The notes under the pieces were generated by a model that saw only the letters and a program-made list of their open reading frames with translations, made no database searches and had not been told where the DNA came from. Shown here piece by piece: positions 39,085 through 51,150 of a DNA stretch of 64,000 bases. Within the stretch, counting starts at the first letter, position 1. Each line of letters opens with the position of its first letter. The position numbers and the translations under genes were made by a program. The stretch is from Basidiobolus meristosporus CBS 931.73 (Eukaryota; Fungi; Basidiobolomycota): positions 1-64,000 of the forward strand of contig MCFE01000158.1 of assembly GCA_002104905.1 (NCBI GenBank), given 5' to 3'.

Positions 39085-40816
39085 ATGGAATACGCACCTA
39101 AGGAACACGTGCTGCCCCCTTTAAACCCCACCGTCGCCCCCTCCATTATCATGAACCTAACTTCCGTTTCCAACAATCTGAAGGGGGTAAAAGCGACGGC
39201 CGGTTTATCAAAAGATATGTTGCGCAAAGGAAGCACTCCAAAACCCTTCCCTACGTTCTCCTCACCAGCAAGCGACGACAGTACCGCGAAAGAGGCGAGC
39301 TTGGAGAAGGTAGTCTGCTCTAGCCAAGTGATACAGCCTGAGCGCACAGACGACGACCACCTTTCCAAAGCCGGTTTGGTCCCGGCTTCTGGCCAAGAGC
39401 GACGAGAAATGAAAAGGAAATTCGAAGGGGTCACCTCCGACTCGACTCCTAAGAAAATCCTTCCCCATAGGGATACGAATGATTCTGATACTGAAAATCC
39501 GAACTTGAAACCAGTTGTCAAAGATGAAATCGGTCGCCGCCCTCAGTTACCGCTGGACCCTGTAGCTCCTAAACTGACTGATAATATATCGGTGCTTCCG
39601 TTACCTGCCGGGTTTGGGGAGGTAGAGCTCGAAGCGATTAGGATCCTCGGCTCTTTCAGCCAACCTCGCGACGCCAGTGGCCCATCTCATTTGGATGGGA
39701 ACAGCAGCATCAATTCCTCTCGAGCAACCTCTGTCGAGTACACGCCACCACATCAGCAACAACAACAGCAACACACAACAACACCAACAGCAGCAATCGC
39801 TACAGCCACATCCAGCACTGCCCCTACCGCTGGCTCTTCCCCAACTACAACTGCACCCGCACCAACACCAACATCAACATCAACACCATGTCGGCTCCCC
39901 ACTGCTAGGGCCAAGGCTAATGTACGATACCTCCAACCAAAGCTCGCCTATGTCAAGCAGAGCGAACTCCCCGAGTGCACCACCAAGTCAGCGAGTGGGG
40001 CGCCGCGGACGAGGGAGCGTGAGGGCACAGCACCACTCGGAGCCGGTGAGCCCGGCGAGCAGCGGAGTGGATGAGCTGCGGAGCGATGACGAGGGAAAGT
40101 CCCCGGGGATGTTCCGGTGTGAGCATCCGCACTGCGGCAAGACCTTTGGGAGGCTGTACAATCTCAAATCACACACGCGCACACACACGGACGACCGACC
40201 ATTCAAGTGTGACCAGTGCGAGCAAGCGTTCAGTCGGAACCACGACCTGAAGAGGCACCAGAAGATCCACACGGGGATCAAGCCCTTCGAGTGCACGGCA
40301 TGCGGGAAGAAGTTCTCTCGGATGGATGCACTTGGCAGGCACCGGGCGAAGAAGCCCGAGTGTCTCGGAGAAAGCGTGAAGGCTGAAAATGGCAGTGTGC
40401 GAGGAGAGAAGCAGAGAGAAGGGGTAGGTGAGGGAGCAGATATGTGTGTGGTGTGTAGAGAGATAGATAGAGAGGAGCAGTATAGACATGGACATCACGA
40501 AGGTAAAGAATGTGGCCGGTCCATCAGCCGTATTTACTTGTGCAAATCTTCGATAAACCCATATCGCAACAGGATTCCTGCGACAACACTCCTCACCCCC
40601 CCCCGCCATCAGAGCAGCACGACTAGATGCTACCGAATACAAAACTACGGTCAGGGATGGTTTACGAAAATGTATATTCAAATTAGATTTTACAGTAGAA
40701 GTTCAGTAGAAAATAAACGCATCCGTATGAGGACCAATTTGCTGGGAACACATCATAAGCACATGTGGACGCATATGGCACCCATTGGTCGGCGCATCCA
40801 TCTCGGAAGAAACTAA
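39085..40816 (+). pseudogene. Crz1-like C2H2 zinc-finger factor, copy A; frameshifted in the poly-Q tract as assembled
   Basis: N-terminus lies in the frame of ORF 38980-40074 and the three fingers in the frame of ORF 39677-40816. At ~39771 the tract carries 4 extra nt relative to copy B. Confidence 0.75.
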
Positions 40817-42441
40817 GGTGCATGTTTTGATTTCAAATGAATCCATTTCTTCCGAGGGGATGATTGGTCCAGCCACCGCTGTCGAGACCCTTTTTCGCCC
40901 AAATTAAGGTCCGGTCGAGGGGATGTTTGGAATGGGAACTTATTGAAACATTTATGAGTTCTCCACGGACCCTGCGGTTGGATCATCCCAATTCACTTCC
41001 CATATCCACTTCCCATATCCACTTCCAAATCCAGCCCCCCTTCCTCGTCCCCATTCGCCCACCCACCCGAAATGGCTTAGCCATCATCGAGATTTATGAG
41101 GTGTACGTGAGGGCTTAGACGAGGGTGGCGCAATCCCCTCGCGGTCGTCCTTGGCTGGATGAACGGATGATGCGGTTGGGAGAGCTCGAGAAAAAAATGA
41201 TGCTCGCGTTGAGGTTGCGGGATATAGCCATGATCGGAGGGGTGAGAGAGGGAGGGGGGTGGGGGATTAGGGATCTTCGTGGTGATTTGGCGACCGAGTT
41301 TTATTAAATTTACATAGGTGTCAGCTAAAAATATACCTACAGTGACAAAAGAGTATCCTTTCCCATTTTTCCCCCCGAGAAATCTACAAACCATTGGGAT
41401 ATATTGTTAGGTGGTTGATTTTCTATTCGGATCCTCGATACCGGCTCTGTTTCAGCGGAGGTGGATCTTTACAAAATTGGCTCCTCTTGATAACACGCTA
41501 GGCGATTTGCGCAAGTAAATACGGCTGATGGACCGGCCACATTCTTTACCTTCGTGATGTCCATGTCTATACTGCTCCTCTCTATCTATCTCTCTACACA
41601 CCACACACATATCTGCTCCCTCACCTACCCCTTCTCTCTGCTTCTCTCCTCGCACACTGCCGTTTTCAGCCTTCACGCTTTCTCCGAGACACTCGGGCTT
41701 CTTCGCCCGGTGCCTGCCAAGTGCATCCATCCGAGAGAACTTCTTCCCGCATGCCGTGCACTCGAAGGGCTTGATCCCCGTGTGGATCTTCTGGTGCCTC
41801 TTCAGGTCGTGGTTCCGACTGAACGCTTGCTCGCACTGGTCACACTTGAATGGTCGGTCGTCCGTGTGTGTGCGCGTGTGTGATTTGAGATTGTACAGCC
41901 TCCCAAAGGTCTTGCCGCAGTGCGGATGCTCACACCGGAACATCCCCGGGGACTTTCCCTCGTCATCGCTCCGCAGCTCATCCACTCCGCTGCTCGCCGG
42001 GCTCACCGGCTCCGAGTGGTGCTGTGCCCTCACGCTCCCTCGTCCGCGGCGCCCCACTCGCTGACTTGGTGGTGCACTTGGGGAGTTCGCTCTGCTTGAC
42101 ATAGGCGAGCTTTGGTTGGAGGTATCGTACATTAGCCTTGGCCCTAGCAGTGGGGAGCCGACATGGTGTGGATGTTGGTGTTGGTGCGGGTGCAGTTGTA
42201 GTTGGGGAAGAACCAGCGGTAGGGGCAGTGCTGGATGTGGCTGTAGCGATTGCTGCTGTTGGTGTTGGTGTTGCTGTTGTTGTTGCTGATGTGGTGGCGT
42301 GTACTCGACAGAGGTTGCTCGAGAGGAATTGATGCTGCTGTTCCCATCCAAATGAGATGGGCCACTGGTGTCGCGAGGTTGGCTGAAAGAGCCGAGGATC
42401 CTAATCGCTTCGAGCTCTACCTCCCCAAACCCGGCTGGTAA
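39601..42441. repeat. Large inverted repeat: arms ~39601-40548 and ~41505-42441, spacer ~0.96 kb
   Basis: Reverse-complement match runs from TTACCxGCCGGGTTTGGGGAGG to ATTTACTTGxGCAAATC with few differences. Confidence 0.92.
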
Positions 42442-42921
42442 AGGGAGCTGCTCAATGTCGGAACAATCGCTTAACGGTTTATCAAGTGTCGAGTCCTCTG
42501 GTAGCTGTAGGTTGTTCTCTTGGGAGCGGAAGGGTTTCTTTGCGGCGGGTGTATATCCGGAAGGCTCCTCGGAGGCCGCTCTCTTCTCCAACTTGGTGGA
42601 TTTCGGGGACGCGGAAGGTCTCGGAGTATGCGACGAATTGTCTAGACCAAACTGGGGCTTGTGCTGATGTTCTGGCTCGGTTTTCACCTGGGGTTCCCTT
42701 TCTATCCGCGTTCTATCGAAAATTGGGTCATCTAAGGTGTGGCGGTGGGAGTAGGACCAGGTGGTTTCTCTTGCGGGGCGTGACTTGACCAAGGCGGCTT
42801 CCACGGCCTCTACTTGGCCCCGAGGGAAGGCTTTGGGCACCGTGGCCAAGTTGATAAGAATGGAAGGAGCATCAATGGCCTTCGTCGGGGACATGATGGG
42901 GTTTTCATATGCGTATTCCAT
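41452..42921 (-). CDS. Crz1-like C2H2 zinc-finger transcription factor, copy B (intact frame)
   Basis: FRCEHPHCGKTFGRLYNLKSHTRTHTDDRPFKCDQCEQAFSRNHDLKRHQKIHTGIKPFECTACGKKFSRMDALGRH; the true 3' end may be earlier if spliced. Confidence 0.85.
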   Translation of the reverse strand: MEYAYENPIMSPTKAIDAPSILINLATVPKAFPRGQVEAVEAALVKSRPARETTWSYSHRHTLDDPIFDRTRIEREPQVKTEPEHQHKPQFGLDNSSHTPRPSASPKSTKLEKRAASEEPSGYTPAAKKPFRSQENNLQLPEDSTLDKPLSDCSDIEQLPLPAGFGEVELEAIRILGSFSQPRDTSGPSHLDGNSSINSSRATSVEYTPPHQQQQQQHQHQQQQSLQPHPALPLPLVLPQLQLHPHQHQHPHHVGSPLLGPRLMYDTSNQSSPMSSRANSPSAPPSQRVGRRGRGSVRAQHHSEPVSPASSGVDELRSDDEGKSPGMFRCEHPHCGKTFGRLYNLKSHTRTHTDDRPFKCDQCEQAFSRNHDLKRHQKIHTGIKPFECTACGKKFSRMDALGRHRAKKPECLGESVKAENGSVRGEKQREGVGEGADMCVVCREIDREEQYRHGHHEGKECGRSISRIYLRKSPSVLSRGANFVKIHLR

Positions 42922-43499
42922 CGGTGAAAGACAATGGGCGACTCGCGGGAGTAGCAGCGGGAATAGCAGCGGGAATAGCAACGGCAATAGAGTTCGCTTC
43001 GACGCTGGAAAAAAGGGACGACAAGGAAAAAAACTGGATTCCAAGGTGGCTGAGATGATGGTGCTCCATCCAGCAGATAAGAAGGCTCCGTGTTGACAGA
43101 TCCCGGTGATTGGTCTATCCGAAATCTGGTTTGGAAAAAAATTTCCACCGACCTATATGGGCACCGGCACCGTAGATAGGATTTGTGCTATACGGAGAGT
43201 GTATAAATTTCTCCCGAGTCCCCTTCGACGAATTGGTGATTTGTTGTTGATTATCAAGTGAAATCGACTCGATGGGTTCAATCTATTTTGTACTCGGCCG
43301 CATGGCACTGGCACTTTCGCAGATCAACCAATTCGCATGGTCTTGGAATCAATGGAAGTCACACCTTGTTTCTTGTGGGTGGCTCATCATGTGGTCACCC
43401 AAGTGTTACCCTGAAGATACTCCCGTTTATTGGAGGTGAAGAGCGCTGGGTGGTGGTGGTGTTGGTGGTGGTTATAGGCTATCTATTTGATACTGCAGA

Positions 43500-44050
43500 G
43501 GCTTGTTTCTACTTAATGCTATGAAAGGCTGAGCCACAAAGCGTATCTGTGGCTATACGTGATAATCCGAACGTACTAGAGGCGCGGCTCCCTCTACGTC
43601 GCCGTATTCGTTTAGCCTTGGATGGTGGCTTATTTACCGATTTTCTTTCTTTTCTTGCTTCCTGTAGTGTAGAGAAGAAACCCGGTGGAAAATTTCGTTG
43701 TGGCAGTAGTGTTCTTAGTGTGTGGCAACCTGGTGCCGATTTCACCGAGAAAGCCCCGACGGGAAAGAGTGGGTTGAGAAGAAGGGGGTCTAGACCGTGA
43801 ACAAAGCACTCGTCGTCGTCCACTTTGACAACTCCAACCGCCGAGGGAAATATCCCCGAAAGTGTGACTGCAGAGCAAAGCGTATGAAGTCAGCCGGAAA
43901 CACGCCAAGGAAACTATGGGGAGTGTCTGCAGCAAGACACGTGGATTCTGAGGGAAGAAGTAGGCCACCACACGGCGTATTCCCGGGTTGAGAAGCCGTT
44001 CTATCAAAGAGAGGCAGCTCACATAGTTTGCTTCGTAGTTCATTTGATTT
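43500..44050 (-). pseudogene. Decayed tandem duplicate of the YhhN gene
   Basis: LLQTLPIVSLACFRLTSYALLC vs LLKALPIISLACFCQTSYASPC, and DDDECFVHGLDPLLLNPLFPVGAFSVKSAPGC vs DNDKYFVHGLGSFLLGHLFYIGVFSVSSVPGC, in different frames. Confidence 0.75.
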
Positions 44051-44364
44051 AGAGTAAAATATTCGCCGTCATATGAGTATATTTGGCGAGTGGTAATGTT
44101 GCTGACTGTGGTTCTTGGATAAAGCCGAACCAACTCGCACTCGTTATGTTGTTTGTTACCTTTTATCAACAACACAGCTGCTTGTACAATGGTTAAGCAT
44201 CGTTCATGCCACCCCGGATGCCATTTCTAGATATTTGCGCTGAATGGCAACATGTACCGTCTGGGTGTCAACATATTCTCGCACAAGACGTGCAGCGTCC
44301 GGGGACATAGCTGGCCGCTGGTCAGAATCAAGCCGTTTATGCAGAGTTTATTAAGTTGGGGTGG

Positions 44365-45159
44365 TTATGCTATCCTTGTACGTCTTTTCTTGACCTTTTC
44401 GGATTTCGTGGGGGTTTTTTGTGCATCGATGGTCTTCCCACCAGTCTTCTGTACATACTCGCTGATGGAAATGGTGGAGGAAAGGGTGATGAGGAGCTGA
44501 GCCATGTAGTATGTTGCCATGACATATCTATGACCGTACGAGATGGGTTGAACAAACTTGTTCCAGGCCAACAGGAAGTCAGATATGACGAACATTCCTG
44601 CCCCAACAAAGCCGCGGCTCTCTCCGCGGATATAGGCACACCAGGTCATCCCGACGATCACCAGCGCGTAGAAGGCCACCGGGAAAATGAAGTCCTCTCT
44701 CCCGGTTTTCCGGAGGTTCGGTAACAGGATGTTGAAGAAGATCGAGACGTAAAAGGAGGCCAAGATCACCCCGGAGAAAAGTTTCTTACCCCGGGATACG
44801 GGGCGGCAGCCTGGCACCGAGCTCACTGAGAAGACCCCGATGTAAAAAAGATGCCCGAGTAGGAACGAGCCTAGCCCGTGAACAAAGTACTTGTCGTTGT
44901 CTAGCTCGAGGAAGACGTCCCCAAGGGCCGAGGCGAACAACCCAAAGGTAACAAAGTTCCGAAGTGAGTTGATGCAGGGTGAAGCGTACGAGGTCTGACA
45001 GAAGCACGCCAAAGAAATAATGGGAAGCGCCTTCAACAGGGCGCTTAATTCCACCGGGATGGAGTACGGCTTGTCCTCAACGAGGAACTCAGGTAGTGTC
45101 AAGAGATACCCCAAGTATACGGCAGCTGATGCGAAGAAGGAGAAATAAAAGAGTCTCAT
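44365..45159 (-). CDS. YhhN / TMEM86 family membrane protein (lysoplasmalogenase-like), intronless
   Basis: LLKALPI, GLFASALGDVFL, FVHGLGSFLLGHLFYI, GAGMFVISDFLLAWNKF, VMATYYMAQLLI. Confidence 0.9.
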   Translation of the reverse strand: MRLFYFSFFASAAVYLGYLLTLPEFLVEDKPYSIPVELSALLKALPIISLACFCQTSYASPCINSLRNFVTFGLFASALGDVFLELDNDKYFVHGLGSFLLGHLFYIGVFSVSSVPGCRPVSRGKKLFSGVILASFYVSIFFNILLPNLRKTGREDFIFPVAFYALVIVGMTWCAYIRGESRGFVGAGMFVISDFLLAWNKFVQPISYGHRYVMATYYMAQLLITLSSTISISEYVQKTGGKTIDAQKTPTKSEKVKKRRTRIA

Positions 45160-45835
45160 GGTGGTTGAAGTGCTGACGGTGGCAGGGGCAATCTCCGAGA
45201 AACCTCAGTGGCATTTATCGATTTCAGTCGAGGCCAGCAGATTCCCACAGTAGCGTTCAGAAATCTTGTGATGGTCCAAATCCACTGGTTACACGGTCAC
45301 AGTTTGATTGGTGGCAACTCTAACTCGGTTTGGTTCATTGGACTTCAGACGCACAGCTTTCCCCTCAGCCGTGCTCTGTCTATCATTGGGTTTGACATGT
45401 GTTTTCAACTCGGAGGGACCAGACGTTAGGGAAGAAACGGATTTGCCTCCAGATTTGGGTTTCATATAACCTGTTATCCTTCACAGGCGAGAATTCTTGT
45501 GCCCATTGTATTCCGTCTGAGGGGAACCATTCAACTTCATGCACACAAAGTGAACACGGAGGTAACTAGAGCTATGGCTACGAAATGGTTTGCTAATAAC
45601 TTGGTGGATGGATGCTCACACTTGCATATGTTTCGGGCTGGGAACAGTCATCTCACCATGGAAAATTTTGGAACGTGTTGTAATGTTTGATGTTTGCTCA
45701 AGAACAGAGTATCTCAACCTTTGGAGGTTATACTACTCAGTTGGATGGTCCTATTTGGTTAATCCTTCATGAAGTTTAGGCCTTGTTTACATACAATGTG
45801 AAAGATCTCAAAGTTGGAATTCATTGGATTTTTAG

Positions 45836-45893
45836 CTGGTATTCTGGTGGTATTCTGATGGTATTTTGCTGGTATTCAGCTGGTGTTTCTGCT
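45836..45893. repeat. Degenerate 11-bp tandem repeat (TGGTATTCTGN, about 5 units) near the start of the TE block
   Basis: tggtattctgg tggtattctga tggtattttgc tggtattcagc tggtgtttctgc. Confidence 0.6.
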
Positions 45894-46262
45894 TCAAACT
45901 TTCAGTTACAATCTTTGGTGGAAGTAACAAGCAGCTGATTAACAAATTTGGTATGAATGCTGGTTGGCCAAGTCTCCCCCTGCAAAGGATATCTGCTGTC
46001 TGCTGCAATGCTAGTAGCTGAGATACAGAGAGTTGTCACTTTTGAGAGTGCTAGAACTCAGCTCATTGTATGATGGTATTCTGCTGGCCTTTTCTTAGTT
46101 TTTTCTTGGAGATATTTTCATGGATATGCTTGTTGTATTTTTGCAACTGACAAGGGAATTTGAGTTTAGAGCTGAGTCATGCAAGATCATATCATAATGT
46201 GCTTGTAGTGGCTGCTATATTGCATTGAATTGCAGTATTAACACTACTGACCATGCTTTCTA

Positions 46263-46610
46263 TGTTTTAAAAGTTCTGGAGATATTGGAAGAGATTGGGT
46301 GAACAAGTAGTTAAGTGGTTTTCACTTAATGATTTATTGAATGTAAGAGTAGAACTTATACTTTTACATAGTCTTATCAATACAGACATGTACAATCTAT
46401 TTAGGAAGGTCCCAAGAACATGTGTGCAAAGTTTGGGGCTGTTTAGACAACTTTGAGAAATTCCATGTGCTGGGTACCAGACATTTTGGTGAAGATATTG
46501 TGAGTAAATCCCAGCAAGGAATCTGGTCAGCATTCTCTAGGATTTGTAGGTAATGCTCTAAGTGACTAAGTTGGATGCATACTCAGGTGTAACCACCAAT
46601 TCTTCCAACA
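46263..46610 (-). mobile_element. Copia-family LTR, probably a 3' LTR
   Basis: Homologous to 364-713; TGTTTT...CCAACA termini; no matching TSD; purine tract GGTAGGAG precedes it on the minus strand. Confidence 0.75.
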
Positions 46611-46690
46611 CTCCTACCAGGATAAATATCCATATTGGCAAGTCCTAATTGTGATTTAAGATATTCCAATTTGCCTCCAAGAATAATAAT

Positions 46691-46925
46691 TGTGATGATC
46701 CCATCAAAAGGCCATCACAAAATTATAGTCCTGTGACTAAGAGGTATTGATCCCATCAGGACACTTTGCAAAACTATTGAAAAATAATTGCACCCCAGAT
46801 TTCACCAAAAACTTGGTCAAATTTTTCATCACAACAATATATAAGTGGCTTTTAATTGGTTCCCTGCCAATTTGCTCACTCTCTGATCCCAGACACTCTA
46901 TCACCTCCTACATTTGTGTACATTG
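46691..46925 (+). repeat. 'Module B' repeat copy (TGTGATGATCC start)
   Basis: Reverse complement of 133-363/714-719 and of 53525-53643. Confidence 0.7.
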
Positions 46926-47054
46926 ATTGGCTATTGCCTCTTTTTCACACTCCTTACTTCCTGATTCAACCATATCTCTTACTTTTCATGCATGCAAATT
47001 GATTTATTTCTGTTGAAACTTCAGTTGTACCTCAATTGCCAATTGTATTGACCT

Positions 47055-48913
47055 CTACAAGTTCATATACCCTAAACTAACATTAAGCCCAACCCCACAC
47101 TCAACAAGTAACTCCATTAAAATCCACCACCCAATAAGTATTTCAGCTGTAACGCTCTGGTTCCACAGCTTTGGTGGGAACCTAATGGCTTTATGCCACT
47201 GTTCATTCACTGGTTCCCACACATCCTGGTCTTCAGCCAGCACTGCAAGGTCTAGCACTCATCTGCCAGTCTTTGCAACAAATCCTTGCAATATTCAAGT
47301 GCATTTTCTTGAGCACTGCTCATGAAGAGGTGCTGCAACCTCTTAGTATGCCTATTAATGTTCCAAAATTCCACTGAAGGCATTTTGATAGTCTTTTGAG
47401 TTCTTGACATTGTAGCCTTGTCTGTCAATGGGATCTCCACTCTGTCAACAATGGAGGATGTAGAGGCTGTGGTAGACCAATTGCCTTTTTCTGCAAACTC
47501 ATCTACCTTGCTGGAGTATAGCTCAACTGGCAGCACTTCCAACTCTTGTGAAAACAGCTGTTTTCTTGTTGGTAATTCTTCTTGGCTGTGAAGGGACTCA
47601 GTCTGTTCCAGGCTTGTGGCATTAATTGGCAAGAACTGCAGTTTTTTTGTGCATGCCTCCCTGTCTCAGGCTTGGGTAGACATTTTTCCCTTTACCTTTT
47701 CCTTTATCACTACAAGGCCTTTCACTGCTACTTTGTCTGAGTGCTTTTTGTAACAAACTACATTTTCTCCTTGATAAATTCTGCTCTGGTGCATCTGTTT
47801 TGGCCTGCTTGTCCCTTGCTGGCACTCTTCTGGCAACCTGATATTTCTTTTCTGCTTGTTTTGAGCTCTCAACCATAGTTGTGAAGGGCTCCTGTAAAAG
47901 CTGCTGGTTTTTATCACTGCCAGGTCCTTCACTGCTACTTTGACTGAGTGCTTCTTGAGTGGTACTATGCTTTTTCCTTGATAAATGTTGTGCTAGTGCA
48001 TCTGTGTCTGGCTGCTTGCTCCTAACTGGCACTCTTCCAGCTACATGCCATCTCTTTGATGCCTGTCTGGAGCTTTGGCCCTACTTGTAATGGGCTTTTG
48101 AGGAAGCCGCTGGTTTTTAGCCATGGCACCCTTTGTTCTTCTGCCTCTGATAGTTTCTGCTATTCTTAAGATACTCTCATGGCATACTAATGTTGGCCCA
48201 AAATCCATTTGCCTGTTTGAGTCCAGGATAATGCTCATGGAACAAGTCAAGCTAAGTTCCTGATGGTTCCATGGTATGCCAGACTTATGGTGATGGCATG
48301 CTAGACTTCTGACAGCCTCTTGAATATTTGCCCACTCTTCATTATTGCACTCAGCAGCTTCACAGAGCTTCAATGTTTTTTGATTTTTAGGCTTTGGTAT
48401 AAATACCAGATTGTCACCCTCCCATGCTGTGATAGGTTTCTCTGTCAGCTTAATCTTTGGACACTGTTGTTGTGCTTCAAAGACTGTACAGTGTTCCTCT
48501 GCTATTACATTGGGAAATGGCTCAATTCTTGGCTGTGACATTGAGGTACTTGAGTTCTTTCTTTGCAGCAAAGATACTGCTTTTTCTACCTGGGATATTG
48601 ATTGCTCTACATGTATTATCCGCTCATTCTATTTCTGGACTATTTCCTGATTTCTCTGGGCTGTTGCATCTATCCTATCAGCCACTGCACATAATTGCTT
48701 CATTAATGCTTTGGTATGAGCTGACAACATACTTGCTAATATGGGTGGTGGTGATGTTATCATGGCCACTTGCTGATCTTCAACTGAGGGTACTGTGTTT
48801 GCTACATTCTCATCTGCCTGAGCATAACAGTCAGCTTGTGGCTCTGCAGTGGTTCTCAATTGCTTACTTGACCAAGAGCCTGAGGAGTCCACATTATTAC
48901 CTTCAGTAGACAC
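47055..48913 (-). pseudogene. Degenerate TE-associated ORF with 69-aa (207-bp) internal repeats and a conserved C-terminal domain, copy 1
   Basis: ORF fragments 48629-48913, 48041-48571, 47622-48032, 47252-47632 and 47055-47258 are colinear; C-terminus shared with 52150-52720. Confidence 0.55.
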
Positions 48914-49599
48914 ACTGTCAACATGGCCTTTTTTGGATGTAGCCCTGCTTGTTGCACTGAATATTAAAGCAGCTGTTGTCCAACCATTCTTCTGTTACAG
49001 TCAGCAGTGGGGATTGGTTGGGAACCAGACAACTTTGCTTTATTTTTTGGCAGCATATAAATGGAAGTAAGTCAAATCAAAGGGGAAATAGTATCACATA
49101 TACATGTGTATGTAGTGCCACAACTTCATTAATAATGCTTACTATGGCAGGCCATCATTGAATCATTACATTCATGTAGGTGCAATGTCTCAAATACAAG
49201 ACTGTCTTAAATTCACATGAGTATTGACTAAAAAGTGATATAATAGCATAACTTTGTTGAAGGTCAAACTGTTTGCCCCATGGACAGGACTACTTTGAAT
49301 CAATGCTGTAAGAGAAGAGAAAAAAAACCATGTGGCTATTGTAGCAAGCCACTCAGCCATGAAGCATGCAGACAGCATAGGAAGTATTACAAGGATCATA
49401 GTCAGTGTTTTGCCACACAAGTCATATTTTGACCATTCATTGGGCACTACTGTACCAACATTATCTTGCTGGCCAGTTGAATACTTCTATATTGGCACCT
49501 GGCCATCTTTGTCACCTTGCGCAAACTGAGTCAGGTGAGTTTGTGATGCCTTTAGGCTCACCTCAGCCTTCTGGATATGGCATGCAGAGTGATAGCTCT

Positions 49600-51150
49600 G
49601 ACAAAGAAGGTTCACTGATGGAATGTGAGCCTATCTCCCCTAACAACAGTATCATGCATGAGCCTGGTCAAATCCCAATATGCAATGAGACAACACCTGT
49701 TGAAATGAATGCCAAGGATACTTTATGGAGCCAAGTGAGACCAGTAATCTATCTACTGATGAATGATGTAATGTTGTGGCTAGAGAAGTGGCGTGTTTCC
49801 ACTAATGTCAATAATGTGGGCTTTGAGGATTTATTACTACTTCTTGCCAAAATCATTCTGGGATGCAACTTACCATGTACATGGTACAAGTGCACAACTG
49901 TCATCTGGCTGGCAACATATGATCCAGCAACTGTTCTGATTGATGGATTCTCATTAAACAAGTACTCTACCAGCAAATCCTGCTGGCCACTGATTCTCAT
50001 CAATCTGAATCTGCCACCCATCCTACAGTATCAGAGCAATAATCTGATGGTAGCCTCACTGGCATCTGGGTCTAAATCACCATCAAACCTGGATAGCTAC
50101 CTGTATCCATTGCTGGATAAATTTTGTATGCTTTCCAGTAGGATAACAGTAAGTGGCCATCATGTAAAAGTGCATATTATTATCTGCATAGGAGATACCC
50201 CAGCCATCAGCAAGATAGCAGGTTTTTCTGGGCACAATGGACAGTATTGCTGTCAAATGTGTGAGATCCAGGGGATTTACTCCATAACTCACACACATTA
50301 TTACCCAAAAACCAGCACTAAAAACATCATCTTTCTGCAGAGAGAACATACAGAGTCAGCATGCAATTGGAGCAAAGTTGGCAAGCTATAAGCCATTGGC
50401 TGGGATATGGAATCAATTGGAAACCAGAGATACTTAAGATAGAGGGTATATGTTGGAGCAAAAGCTTTCCACAGGGAGCAATGCATTTGCTTTTCAACAA
50501 CATCCCTATACTGATGACCAAGTGGTACATGGGGCATTTCAAGCTAAATGAGCCCTTTGAGATACCAGAGAAATTTGAAAGAATAGGCAGGATACTGCAT
50601 AGTATCTGCTACCCAAACTACTTCTCTCAGGCTCCAATCAATATTCATATGTATATGCAACAATACAAATGCAAGGACTGGATGAACTAGATATGTATTT
50701 ATTCAGGTGGCATTCTGAAGCCATTCCTGCTAAGAGTACATTGGAAGCATTGGGAGTCATATGTGGACATTGTAGAAATATTTATCCAGAAGTGGATGAC
50801 CAATACCAACTTGATGCATCTACAGCTATTATGCAAGGAGTTTGTAACAGGATTTGAGCAGCTATACTCAAACATAAAGCTGAACGCGTAGATCTCTGCC
50901 ACTACTGTATCCATTCTCTACTCCATCTTGCATGGTGTGTGGAGAATATTGGGCCTTGCTTCACCTTTTGGGAGTTTCCAATGGAGCAGGTGTGTGGGGA
51001 GTTAGGAAGACAAGACAAGTTGCAGGTACTACCATATCCCAATCTCATCAAGAATATTACCTTCAAGCCTGGGATGGATGTGATGAGTTGGCACATGGAG
51101 GACAGCCAGGAAGAGTTGGAAAGTACTGAGGACAAATGTGCACATGGAGA
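49600..51150 (+). mobile_element. CACTA/EnSpm (Tnp2 / Transposase_21-type) transposase, degenerate
   Basis: IDGFSL...CWPLILINLNLPP...SGSKSPSNLDSYLYPLLD...IGDTPAISKIAGFSGHNGQYCCQMC, later HLAWCVENIGPCFTFWEFPMEQVCGEL; stops and frameshifts. Confidence 0.85.

Noticed and set aside
40549-41504. Short ORFs and a GGAAGTGGATAT duplication in the inverted-repeat spacer
   Set aside because: Several overlapping frames, none with a recognisable domain or consistent exon chain.
48234-48248. 14/15 inverted match (CTCATGGAACAAGTC) to 54667-54681 as a TIR pair
   Set aside because: It lies inside an ORF, lacks the TAGTGCC subterminal motifs and a matching TSD; probably chance.
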